DNA of 63,784 bases, filler included, from Squatina squatina (lineage: Eukaryota): the NCBI GenBank assembly GCA_031763465.1. It is 4 parts of 4 records of this genome, joined end to end, with 100 filler letters (N's around TTAATTAATTAA, not from the genome) between each part and the next. Parts side by side here need not be neighbours in the genome. Positions count along the whole stretch, not along the records: positions 51,688 to 63,784 come from JARFOE011142314.1; 3 more parts are not named here. One strand, given 5' to 3'. Below are positions 63,040 through 63,784 of this stretch, piece by piece. The notes under the pieces are model-generated. The model searched no databases. It saw only the letters and a list, made by a program, of their open reading frames with translations, and had not been told where the DNA came from. Numbering within the stretch: position 1 is the stretch's first letter; each line of letters starts with the position of its first letter. Position numbers and translations under genes: made by a program.

Positions 63040-63784
63040 TCAACGTTCAGTTAATTTTAGCAATAAAGCTGACTGGTTAAAAGCACAGATTGATGTAAAC
63101 AGGTACAATACAATTGTGATTACTGTGACATGGCTGCAGGGTGACCAAGGCTGGAAACTGAATACCAATGGTTTTTGATGTGTAGGAAGGACAGGCAGAA
63201 AGGAAAAGGAGGTGGGGTGGCGACATTGAAAATGGATGAAATCAGCGCAATAGTGAGGAAGGATATTGCTCAGAAAATCAAGATGTAGAATCGGTCAGCG
63301 TGGAGATAATAAATGACAAGTGGCAGAAACAATTGTTGGGTGTTGCCTCCAAACAGCAGTGGCAAAGTAGGGCATGTAATTTAACAGGAAATTAGAGATG
63401 CCTTAACAAAGGGTACAACGGTAATCATGGATGACTTTAATCTACAAATAGACTGGCTAAATCAAAATAGCAATAAAACTCTGGAGGTTAAATTCTTGCA
63501 GTGTATACGAGATAGTTTTTTGGGCCAGTACATTGAGGAAGCAACGTGGGAACAGGCTATCTAAGATTTGGTAGTGTATAATGAGAACGCCTAAAATAAT
63601 AATTTTGTTTTGCATGGGCCTTTAAGGAAGAATGACCATGGCACAACAGAATTCTTCATCAAATTTGAAAGTGATGTAGTTCAATCCGAAAATTAGGTCC
63701 TCAATCTGAGCAAAGGAATCTATGAAGGGACGAGGGGCTAGTTGCCCAGGCTCGATTGGGAAAATTCCTTTACAGGCATGACAG
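63040..63784 (+). mobile_element. CR1 ORF2 APE endonuclease fragment (runs off the window)
   Basis: ITVTWLQGDQGW, RKDRQKGKGGGVA, VIMDDFNL.IDW and NDH motifs, with stops. Confidence 0.85.

Overview
Vertebrate genomic DNA, most likely from a shark or other cartilaginous fish, judged from abundant CR1/HER1-type LINEs, SacSINE1/DeuSINE-like SINEs, Penelope-type tails, NLR LRR exons and a GPR139-like receptor. The window is a mosaic of short contigs joined by 100-N and 10-N gaps and by three artificial 44N-TTAATTAATTAA-44N linkers, which split it into four segments that may be unrelated. Segment 1 (1-19007) has one DNAH2-like exon, decayed NLR LRR exons, nested transposons and one SYNJ2-like exon that the ORF track misses. 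Segment 2 (19108-38275) has ten CSMD3 exons in the correct order; many others are missing and one carries an in-frame TAG. Harbinger-type MITEs and a transposase fossil lie in its introns. Segment 3 (38376-51587) has no recognisable exon but contains TE fragments, a Penelope tail with a hammerhead-ribozyme core, and enhancer-like tracts. Segment 4 (51688-63784) has about three copies of a ~2-kb unit, each with decayed tRNA-Lys, tRNA-Val and tRNA-Glu-like sequences, followed by an intact GPR139-like exon. I found no CRISPR array, operon or clearly new protein-coding system. The best leads are the fossil tandem tRNA array and the hammerhead motif. All gene and family names come from recalled sequence similarity, not database searches, and TE boundaries are approximate.
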